DNA of 64,000 nt from Sminthopsis crassicaudata (GCF_048593235.1 NC_133623.1:14934211-14998210), one strand, 5' to 3'. Shown: positions 26,549-36,620, counted from the first letter of the stretch. Notes: generated by a model not told the origin, from the sequence alone. Numbers and translations are program-made.

Positions 26549-27514
26549 TTTTCCCTTAATTTTTAGACTTTGGTATAAAGTTGGTTCTTATGATTGCCCA
26601 GTACTTTTCATCATTACATTGTTATGTGATTTAGTGATAATGGTACTGTGGATAAACAGTGGTAGGAAGCCCTTGCTTTTGACTGGCAAAAATTGTTGTG
26701 CTATAGTACTGGGCATCATGAATACTCCACGTACTGATGTTGTTGTTCTTTTGTATGTTAATGGTTTCCCCAATTGAATAGAGAGCATTTCCTCCAGGTG
26801 GAGTATTGGTATTCCTGATTTGTTCTGGACTATCTTGCCTTTTTGTGGGACTAGAAAAAAAAGCTGGGGAGGGCAACAACAAAATTCGTTGTTGTATGTG
26901 TCAAGGTAATCTTAATGGTTTTGAGTAAGGCCATTCTGTAATTCTATGAAATGTTTTTCTGACTTTGAGAACAGTTATATCACCCTATCAGTGGTATTTC
27001 CAGGGCTCAAACTGCCAGCATTTCTGGATTCCTGACGAGTCTTCCCATTTATTAGAATATTCTTTGGGCACACAAAGGTCACTCTGTATATCTCCTGGTT
27101 GGCATCATCATATTTTGTTGTGCCCTCCCCAGCTCTCAATTGACTGGACCTTAATGAGCCTATCATTCTTATTAATATTATGTTAATCATCATTTATTTA
27201 ATCCTGCTTAAGTGAAGTATCTTCTTAGGGGGTCTTGTCCTAATTGGACTATAGCTCAGCCTCGTGGACAAGTGATAGGAAATGCTTGTTTCAAAGGCAT
27301 AGTTTTGTCAGGGCCTGAAACTCTAAGCTTTAAAATAGGTGGTTACAACAGTAACATTCTTCTAGGGAGTACATCCTATGAACTTATAGGGCTGTGATTG
27401 AATCCTCTGGAGAATTTGTATGAAATATGTTAGTGAGGATAAGTGCTGAAAATAAGATATTATATTTTTGCTTTCAAAAAGCTTGACGGCTGTGTTCACC
27501 CTGATCTGTCATAC

Positions 27515-27581
27515 TGAGCCAATGTGGGCGTTTTCTCGGCTCATAGTTATTTGCATAGAGTTTTGCTGAGTTTATTTGCAT
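27515..27581. promoter_or_regulatory. CCAAT box plus paired octamer (ATTTGCAT) motifs
   Basis: CCAAT 27519-27523, GC-like TGGGCG 27525-27530, ATTTGCAT at 27549-27556 and 27574-27581; function inferred only. Confidence 0.3.
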
Positions 27582-27940
27582 GAAGATTCATAAGTTTGGA
27601 GCAGCTTTGAACTCCCTGAAATCATAGGACTTTTGAAGGAAGGGAAAGCTTTTACTATTCTCCTGGAGTAATAATAAGATGGCTGGGGAATCAAATTATT
27701 GTATGAATCCTTTTAGTGCTAGGGATGATAAACCTAAAAGTGAATGGAAAGAGAAATGACTTTGTTTTATGGTTACTATATTTCCGGATAGAGCTACAGT
27801 ACAATCTTGTCTCATTATGAACTGCTATAATCTAACCGAGAGGTAGAGTGCTTCAATGTGATGTGCTCATCATCAATCCTGCTCGGCTGTTTCTGAGCCT
27901 CCTCTTTAACCCATGCATCATTTGAGTTTTTTACTTCCAG

Positions 27941-27977
27941 GAACGAAAGGGCATATTTGACACATGGCCCAAGCTGA
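27941..27977 (+). CDS. Possible terminal coding exon (candidate D)
   Basis: Strong acceptor 'ctttaac...tttgagttttttacttccag|' with a branch-like TTAAC; the frame continuing candidate C reads (R)NERAYLTHGPS*. Confidence 0.15.
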
Positions 27978-28394
27978 ACTCTCATTGATTTTACTCAGAG
28001 CTTCTTTTGTTTCTAAATGTAGTGAGGGCAGATTATACAAATGCTGTCCAAAGCACTGTAAGACTTCACTTTCTTTTTTAATCAAGAACATTTTCTCTTA
28101 ATTATTCATATTACACTATTCATGTCTAATTCATATTCAATCATGAAAAAGAAGTGAAAAATGAGAGACTGCTTTGTTAGGTGCTCAAAGTGTCTCTCTC
28201 ATATCCTCGTCGCCAATATTAAATAGACAATGGCCTCTGTGATTGTTAAGTGCACTGAACCTACCTTGGCTGATAATGGACATGTGGAACCTAAGAGTTA
28301 GCCTGAATGTTTCTGTTTCTCCAATAGTTAAGTAGGAAAAAGGATATGAAACAGCACTTTTAAAGCTAAGAAATGGTAACTATAAAGCAGCCTA

Positions 28395-29050
28395 TCAAAA
28401 AAGTTCCAAACTATTAATAATAAGAGAAATACAAATTAAACCAACTCTGAGTCTCTTTGTCATGCTCATTAAATTGGCAGTAATGGTCCAAGATGACAAG
28501 AGTTGGAGTTGGAAGAGTTAAGGGAAGACAGCATATTAACTCTTTGTGGTGTCGTGAGTTGCCCCATTTGCAGTAAGACTAAACTCCTTTATACCAAAAT
28601 ATTTATAGCACATTTTATGGTAGCTAACCATTTGAAACAAAGAAGACATCCATAGTTTAGGAAATGGCTAAACAGATGGCATTATGCAAATAAAGTATAA
28701 TAGTTATGCTCTAGGAAAAGATGAATATGAGGAATTTAGAGCAATTGCAGAATACTTGAATGAACTGATACAGAGTGACATAAGCAGAACTGAAAGAAAA
28801 ATATACTCAATAACTGCAAGGATGCAAGTGAAAACACTAAAAACATGAAATAAGATTAAATTGCAAAAATTCAAGTTTGGCTTCTGAATGAAATACACCT
28901 CTCTTCCCAGTGATGGATCAAATATGATAGTTGCTGAATGTTGTAGAAAAGAAAAAGTGTAATCCCTGTGACCACAGGTTTTGCTTCCTCTTTTTTTTTT
29001 TAAAGAGTTATCTAAGTAAGAGAGACTATATTTGGAAAATGATTGTAATG
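28395..29050 (+). mobile_element. Old L1 ORF2 C-terminus/3' UTR fragment
   Basis: 'taataagagaaatacaaattaaaccaactctgag', 'aaaatatttatagcac', 'gaaatggctaaacag...ggcattatgcaaat', 'gaactgatacagagtga...agcagaac'. Confidence 0.7.
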
Positions 29051-31511
29051 TAAAAATCAAGAAATTCTATTTAGAATGATTCTTTTTTGTGGACTAGAAA
29101 GTTCTCCTCTGAGACTTTGTTTTTGGTAGAGAAGTTGGTGAGGTGTAAGTGGAAAAAAAAAGTATTTCCAGTCTTATCTGTTTGTCTTTCAAAGGAAAAG
29201 TTAACCAATGCCATCTTTCCAAATTTTAACATCATATAGAAATGGTACCATTTGAAGGATCATGGATTTGCCTCTTCTTATTTAGGGCTTATATCTAATA
29301 AAAGTAGTTTTATCTGAATTTAGCAGTAGCCTTTGCCAAACCATTTTAAAGGATGTCACTGTATGTGTTATAAGTAGTCATGAATGTGTTTTGAAGTCCA
29401 CTTGGGGATTGTTAGCGAAGTGTGTTATAGGTGTGAAATTATGATATTGACTATGCGTAGTGTTTTATAGATTCACATTAGGCAAATATTCCCATCAGTT
29501 CAAGGAGTGTAGCAGAACTGAGGTTAGATGAAGAAAAGAATTTGCATAGTCTAATGTACCTGGAGGCAGGATTGAGTTCTTTGTTTTAATTAAAACAACA
29601 ATTAATGCACAATAGATTTTTTATGCTACATGATTTGACTGCTTGGCTTAATTAGGTAGGAAATTCTGTTTCACTCCACACACACTTTGCTTAAACAATG
29701 GAATAGTTGATGTTTTGTGAAAAGATCTCTTTCCTGCTCTTGACTATTCCTAGACAGATGTATCTTGAGGCAACTTCCCCAATCTATTTTTTTTTTAATT
29801 TGGTGCCTCAAAATAATAGATAGAATGGACTTACCTATAGGTAGAGTAAATGGACATCCACATGGTGTGAATTTAGAGATGGCAGGATATCTCTTTACCT
29901 CTGTTGCTTAAAATCTAACCATTTGTTTCTTTGTGTTTTCTTTGGCATTCTTCCCTTCTTTCTGTATGCTCCTGGGAAAGGTAGCACATTAAGTCTCTCA
30001 CATAGGAATGGCAACATTTGTAGAATAAGAGATATGTCCTTATGGTAACTGAAAAAAATACTGCAGTCTAGGAGCCCTGTGGCCTGGCAGAAGGAGGAAA
30101 TGCTGAAAGGGGGCAGAAGGGCACAGAGCAGGGAGGTGTAGGGGTCATTGAAGAGAAACTTCCCAGACTTCCTAATTTAGCCAAGGGCTAGCCCTGGGAA
30201 TAGATGAATTTAACAAGATGTTTTGCATATTCTTAATATTCAAAAAGTTCACTTTGTTCACCTGGGAGTCTGGCAGTCTGGGTTCTTTATTCAGCTTTGT
30301 AACTGACTTCTAAATGACCATGGCCAAGAAAGCTAATTCCTTTGACATATGGATGGTAATGTTTATGAATACCCTCAATTTTTTTTGAGAAATAGAGTAG
30401 TATTTTGAAGATGTGTTTTGAGCTCCTAAGTTGAAAGAGCCATTAAAATATAAAATGATCTTTTCATAAATATCAAAAATGAGTTGTATGAAATTCATCA
30501 TAAACAAGCTACAAATTGCATGCCTTGTGGCTACAAGGCCACAAGTCATACGCAAAACCTTAGCTTTTTATTAAGCAATGGTTACTAGATTGTTTATAAT
30601 AATGAAATACAAGCAAAAATAACCAAAAAAGATGGATAAATGGATTTTTCCGTGGGAATATATTTTTTAAAATTAGCGAAGGATAGTCTGGAAAGATAAA
30701 AGTAGAAGAGTATATGACTAAAGGCAATAATATTATATAAAATTTGGTGGATTTAACATTGTTGGATTACCCCTTGAAGTTTGAAAGAGGTGGTCTTAGG
30801 CCAAAAATAAAGTAGCACCACATTAAAAAATGTTGTTGAGAATTATGGTTTCCAAAATGGTTCATATATATTCATGAATGATCAGTCTGTTAGGGGGTAT
30901 TGATGGCATTGAGCCTAACTGTGGGATATGTTTGGATTTTTTGGACTTGACCTCTAGATTCCATGAGAGAGAGCTCTGCATAAGAAGAAGCCAGAAGAGG
31001 GATCTGAGCTGAAGGAGGAGGAGAAAGCATTTTTAAAGTGATTTAGAGGACTTTGGAATTGTGAATAAAGTCAGAAATTTAATTGGTTCTGAGTAAGTGA
31101 AACTGGAGGAAGATGTGAGAAGTTGTAAAAGGAAAAGGAAAGGTCTTGAACTTATAGGGGATAAGGACTTGAGAAGATGGAGAAGGAGGAGAAGGAGGAT
31201 CAAGAGGTGAATGACCTGAAGATAAGAAAAAGAAGTAGCTGAAATAGAAGGAGGAAGACTTTAAAAAGAGAAGAAAAATATGAAATCAAGAAGGTAGTTG
31301 ATAAGATAAAAATAAGAAAACTCAGGTATATAAGATAATAGACTAATGTGAGAACATAAAAGTGGGAATGATTGCTAATGTTTTTAGCTCCCAAAGAAAA
31401 TGATCACTCTGGAATACACTCTGGAACCTTGTAAATAATTCATTCCAGAAGTTCTGTAGGGGAGCTGCTAGCAAGAATGATATGGACAAATGGTCTATTT
31501 CTAGCAAGTTC

Positions 31512-32365
31512 GAAGAACTGAGAACTTTGCACTGACTAGAATTGAGCATTTGTGTTTGTTTTGGTGTCATAGTGAAGTGACAACCATCTGTGTTCCCAGT
31601 GCAGACCAATCTTACTTCTAGAAAAGAACATACAGGAAAGCAAGGAACAATTCTCTACACTCTGCAGATTAAGAAGGGCAAATGTTTCCTTTTTAAAAAA
31701 TGGAAGAAGAGCTTCAATATGATAACAGAGAAGAAGGAGGATCTAAGCAGGCTAAGAGGGATGCTGATCTGTGTGAAGAAGATTGAAAGTGAAAGAATGT
31801 CCCACAGAAAAAGAGGGAGATTATTGAATAGTTGGAGCCCAGAGAAGAATAGGAGGCTTGTTCCAAAAGGTAGACCCTCTGAATAGAAAGCAGATTCTTG
31901 TCCTCTCAACAGTGATGCTGTGGATCCAAAAGTGCTATTAGGTGAGAGATCATCCAGTAAGGATCAAAGGAAGAAAAAGAATAAATGGTGGTTAACAATG
32001 TCCCCCAGGTACCAGAGAAGCTATTTAGCAACCTTTTCATGGTAGTAAAAAGGACTGCAGTCTTCCTAAGGCATGTAAGATATTACAGACAACCTCCTAA
32101 GGTTGTCAAATTGGACTGCTACTTACTTTTGGTGATTGTTGAGGGATACACACGATACTGCCAGAATGAATCTAGAAAGTACTGCTAAAAATTAAGAGAC
32201 ACTTGGACAAGAGATTGAAAACCTTAGAGGATATAAGTGGTAGTTTAATTACTGCTGTCTTTTCTGGAAAAGACTGCAGAAAACAAAGACACATTTAGGA
32301 AATGAACATGTTTTAAGATGGTGTCTGCATACTGGATTTGGATTTCTAAATCTTACTCAGTGATA
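31512..32365 (+). mobile_element. CR1/L3 ORF1 relic (zinc finger/leucine zipper plus SGNH esterase domain)
   Basis: Frameshift-tolerant translation: EELRTLH*LE..SEVTT/LCSQCRPILLLEKNIQESKEQFSTLCRL..MEEEL; then GTREAI*QP..DCSLPKA, RYYRQPPKVVKLDCYLLLVI, HDTARMNLESTAKN*ETLGQEIENL, VLRWCLHTGFGFLN. Collinear with recalled amniote CR1 ORF1 (GTEAAICRPD..VCCLPGA..LLLIHVGTNDTARRNLE..WLRRWC..GFGFLD). Confidence 0.8.
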
Positions 32366-32407
32366 ACTTTCTTTTTCAAAAAAAAATAAAAAAAAACAAA
32401 GATGTAC

Positions 32408-32572
32408 TCAATCAATCAAATCACAAGCATTTCTGATGGAATAAATGAATGAAAAGGTATTTATTAAGTGTTTACTATGAGGAAAGCACTATACTAAAGT
32501 CCTAAGGATATAAACAGAAAATACTCCAGTCACTGCCCTTAAATAGCTAACCATTTAATTGGGGGAGACAAT
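32408..32572 (-). mobile_element. L2 3' end
   Basis: 'aatcaatcaaatcacaagcat...tatttattaagtgtttactatg...cactgcccttaaatagcta...gggggagacaa'. Confidence 0.55.
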
Positions 32573-32790
32573 ACATCTATGAAAGTTCAATTTTAGGGCA
32601 AGTGTAAAAAAGCGAGGGAAAAAAGGCTAGGGGTTCTTAGTGTGCATTGGCAGGGCAGATGGCAATGCTATGTGATATGGATGGAACAGCCACAAATGGA
32701 TGACAAGGTGTACAGAATCTTAGGATTCAATGACAGAGTAGACAGAGAAGACCTGGTGGTCTTCCATAAGGATTGTACTTGGTGACTCAC

Positions 32791-33417
32791 TATAATATTC
32801 TCTCTAAAATGTAATGTTCTCTTGAAAGGTTTTCTTAGGGTCTCTGGAGGCAGCCTTCGTTTCAGTTCAGTAATCACCACAAGAGTACAGCCAGGAATTA
32901 AAGTCCAAATCCTTTATTATCTCTTTCAAAGTCTTATCTCCTTCATTTGGGGCTCAGCTAGTTTTCCGGGGGCCCTGCAGAGTCTTGGTTTCAGTGGGGA
33001 AGCGAAGGAAGTAAGAGAGCCTGCCACCAAGGTGGTATGAGATGTGATGAATCTGTCTGAGTACAAGGGCTTGTGCTGCAGCCTTCAGCCTCCAGCCTTC
33101 TCTGCTTGTCTCTGAATCTCTGAATCTCCCTGGCTGTGGCTTCCAGCTTGTATGCTCCACACTGAATACAAACTAATCATTATATCATTAGAAAACTATT
33201 ATTTGTTGCAGGATTAAATCAGTGCTAAACTAGATAACCATTATATCCTCATTTCCACTTAGTACCTTGTTTCAAGTTCTGGCCCATAACATCTTGTAGG
33301 ATTAAATCAGTCATACTGAACCACACTACACTAGATAACTATTGTCTTTATCAATTCTACTGACTTAGTACCTTGTAAGAATCCTTTGTTTCAAATTCAG
33401 AATTCTGGCTCATGACA
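32791..33417 (-). mobile_element. Solo LTR with tandem duplication of its terminal segment
   Basis: Starts T(A)TAATATTCTCTCTAAAA; AATAAA on minus at 32913-32918; '...ttctggcccataaca' at 33291 and again '...ttctggctcatgaca' at 33417; flanks ACTCAC (32785-32790) and ACTCAG (33418-33423) form an imperfect 6-bp TSD. Confidence 0.75.
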
Positions 33418-33618
33418 ACTCAGAATTCAGGGTAGGGGTATTCAAAGCAGTGTGAGTAGCTGTGCCTGGTCTATAGGGTAGGGGGCTTAGATTGCCACCA
33501 CTAGGGTTAAAGGAAGTGGGCCTGAGGGTCCTGGTTTCCAGGTGGCAGACACTGTACAGTAGATAGACTAAAAGAAAATAGTCCCTTCACTCAAGGAACT
33601 CTAAAAAGAGAGACCACA

Positions 33619-33792
33619 NNNNNNNNNNNNNNNNNNNNNNNNNNNNNNNNNNNNNNNNNNNNNNNNNNNNNNNNNNNNNNNNNNNNNNNNNNNNNNNNNN
33701 NNNNNNNNNNNNNNNNNNNNNNNNNNNNNNNNNNNNNNNNNNNNNNNNNNNNNNNNNNNNNNNNNNNNNNNNNNNNNNNNNNNNNNNNNNNN
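33619..33792. other. Assembly gap (N run)
   Basis: Seen directly. Confidence 1.
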
Positions 33793-34650
33793 GTATATAA
33801 AGGTTAAATATAAATTAATACAAAGTTGCAATTGTTGGATCAAGCAAAGCTTCATGTAGAAGGTAGTCCTTGAGCTGAAACTTAAAAAGGGCAGGGATTC
33901 TATGAGATATAATAAGCAAGGAAGGAATGCATCCCAAGCATGAAGGACAGTTGTGGGAAAAGAAATAGCATTTGTAAGGTACACAGAAAAGGCCAGTTTA
34001 ACTGGATCTCACAGTACAGGAGAGGAATAATGTTTGACGAGGCTTGAAAGACAGCTTGGGACCAAGTTTTAAAAGGTTTTAAAAGGTATACAGAAGAGTT
34101 GATATTTTATCTGTAAAGCAATAGTTGACTGTTGAAGTTTGTTGAGTAGGAGAGTAGCTTGATCAGATCCACACTTAAGAAAGATACTTTGAGGGCAAGA
34201 TAGACTAGATAAGGGAGAGACTTGAATCAAAGAAATCATTAAGGATATCATTTTGATAAACTAGTTGAGAGTTGATAACGGACTCAACTAAGGTAACAAT
34301 GAGAACAGAGAGAATGGATTAAACATGAGAGATGCTGTGGAGGTACAAATAGCAATTTTGGAAATGATTTGGTTATAAGGTTAAGAAGTTATGAATCTTG
34401 GGGACTGGAAAAAATGGAAATACCTTCAACAGAAAAAGGGAAGTTTGGAATTAGTTGCAGGAAGGAAAATTAATTCGCTTTTGTACATGTTGCATTTCTG
34501 ATGTCTCTGGGAAATCTACCTTGATATATCTAATCAGCAGTTGTTGATATGGAACTGAAGCCAAGGGACAGACAAGAGCAGATATTTGGATATGTGTTCT
34601 ATACAGGAAATGATCATTAAACCTATGAAAGCCAATGAGGTCACCAAGAG
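33793..34650 (-). mobile_element. L2 relic
   Basis: 'agcttcatgtagaaggtagtccttgagctga', 'gagatgctgtggaggtacaaat', 'aatcagcagttgttgatatggaactgaag', 'gccaatgaggtcaccaagagag'. Confidence 0.75.
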
Positions 34651-34799
34651 AGACTTACTGACCTCATCAAAAGTCCTGTTATTGATGCAGAAATTATGCT
34701 TGAGTCAGCTGTCTGTATATAGTTCGAATGTCAACTCGTCAGAGTTAAGCTCAGTTTGTTAAAAAAAAAAAAGAATAATAATGAGAAAAAATGCATGCC

Positions 34800-36150
34800 A
34801 TACAACTGAAATGACTTTATCCTGAATTATTTAAACAGGTAATTAAAAGAATTGGAAAATGGAAAACAGAAATGGCATCAATACCATCTATAATGTTTTC
34901 ATGCAGGATTTGAACTAATATAAATTAATTGTCACAATAAGGAGACCAAAAAAATAGCACAGATAGTTTCTACTCAGCAAATATCTGACTTACTTGCCAA
35001 ATGGAGAAAGCTGGATGCCAAAGGCAATGCTGGATTAGAATATAAATTCCCTTATAAAATTTTGCAGGAAACAATGACGAAAAATTATGTGCAGTAACTT
35101 TTCATAAAGCAGAGAAAATCATTTTCAGATAAAACCAGTGTAAAGAAAACTTAACAAGATGTCAATTTAAGCAGAGACATTCATAAAAATGAAAAGGACT
35201 CCAAACAGAAGAAAAATGCAAAAAAGCTCATATATAGCAAAATAAAACAAAACAAAAAACTACAGACATTTTTAACAAACGATTTTGTGTATAAAGAAGA
35301 GTACAACCACCATTTGTTGTTGCTGACTCTTTTTTAAGTCATGTCTGCTTCTTTGTGAACCCTTTGAGAGTTTTTATGGCAAAGGAACTGGAATAACTTG
35401 CCATTTCCTTCTCTAGATCATTTTACAAATAAGGAAACTGAGGCAAACACAATTAATTGACTTGTCCAGAGTCACATAGCTAGTAAGTATGTAAGACCAG
35501 ATGTGAACTCACAGAGATGAATTGTCTTGACTCCAGGCCTGGCATTCTATCCCCTGAATCACCTAGATGCCCTGAACCTCCAAAAAGTAAGTTGGCTGAC
35601 CTTTATGGCTACTCTACAATCTCTACAAAAACTTTATGAGAATCTTTATAACAAAAATGGAGGATGTCTTCAATGAGTATGTTAATAGGTAATGAGCAAA
35701 CTTTCACAAGTGATAATTAACAGTGGACCATTTCTTTAACATTACACCATAAACTAATATTATAGAGTCTGTAAGATTTCATTGTGCTTATCATTTATTG
35801 ATTATGAAAAAAACTTTTGATGCAGTACAAGAAAACATCACCATTCAGTTGTTTTGCAATCAGATGTCTCTCATCCATATTTCAATATCATTCAGAATTT
35901 CTTGGAAGATACAACCCTGTTCAATGAAGATCTGATTTAAGATGTAAAACAGAAATATATGCTTGCCAGAAGTATGCTCTTTGGAATTCAAAAGAGGAGG
36001 AGATTCAGCACAGAATGTAGGTTGAACAGGCATTCCTAATGGGTTGTGAGATCTTCCAGATGCTTCTGTCTATATGTCTATATAGCGTATTATACTGATT
36101 ATATAAAATTCCATCATTACACATAGTCTCTTTGAAAAATTCTGTGATCA
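34800..36150 (+). mobile_element. RTE-clade LINE internal fragment (linker plus RT N-terminal part), interrupted by MAR1
   Basis: Translates AKWRKLDAKGNAGLEYKFPYKIL (~34998-35065) and FIDYEK/FDAVQEN (~35795-35835), matching recalled RTE motifs. Confidence 0.8.
35313..35574 (-). mobile_element. MAR1-like SINE
   Basis: Antisense head 'ctccaggcctggcattctatcc...cacctagatgccc', core 'aaggaaactgaggcaaac', RTE-derived tail 'ttgccatttccttctctag'; 8-bp TSD AACCACCA / AACCTCCA. Confidence 0.8.
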
Positions 36151-36239
36151 CTTAAATGATAACATTTAACTATAACCCTAACTAACTCTGTTCTTTCACA
36201 GGAAACATTCAAGTGAATGAAGAATATATGTTACCCAAG

Positions 36240-36620
36240 TTTCTTTTTTTTAAAAAAATTTTAATTTTTATTTTATGAAATAAAGCATCTCCATAACATA
36301 GTAAATAAAAAGATGCTGGTACATGAAAGTACAAATCTGTTATGTACAATTTGCCATTCCTTTTAAATATATAATAAAGTTATTATTTAAAATTTCCCTC
36401 CTCCACTCTAGAGATGCTTACCATCAGACAAAACTTTGCACATATATTTAAAATCATTTTATACATGCTTCTATGTATTTCTTATAGTCAAAATTACTTA
36501 TTCACCCAAATATGTAATTAAAACAATATTGTTGTTACTATGTGAAGCTTTTCTTGGTTCTCCTTCCCATTATCCTGTACAAGTCTATTCATGTTTTTCT
36601 GAGATCATCCAGCACATCAT
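36240..36620 (-). mobile_element. Old L1 3'-end fragments
   Basis: T-rich tail then 'aagcatctccataacatagt...tgtacaatttgccattccttttaaatat'. Confidence 0.45.

Larger units (their letters stand above)
24170..26800 (-). mobile_element. R4/Dong-clade non-LTR retrotransposon relic (Mam_R4-like): RT plus restriction-like endonuclease region
   Basis: Manual minus-strand translation gives collinear R4-type motifs: GETINIQKNNN..DAQY..LPTTVY (26650-26790), KRKLAYLDWDFKKPF (~26158-26205), NHWIYLDD (YLDD at 25342-25353), LLQLIDAFLSNIKMLFGLLK, YKYLGLLQ (25147-25170), RKLTAILNSKLSGKKTFIAI, VKVDNRYTTLNLSN, KEANNKL, KL*WN*NISTNQNAAHN, VPNKNLQ, EIKTI*KTDKLIILSILSGTGVP. Many stops and frameshifts. Possibly extends to ~27100. 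Confidence 0.85.

Noticed and set aside
31985-32188. ORF ending YLLLVIVEGYTRY resembling a Gypsy integrase motif
   Set aside because: Neighbouring frames give collinear CR1 ORF1 SGNH motifs (TARMNLES, WCLHTGFGFL), and no integrase D,D(35)E context follows.
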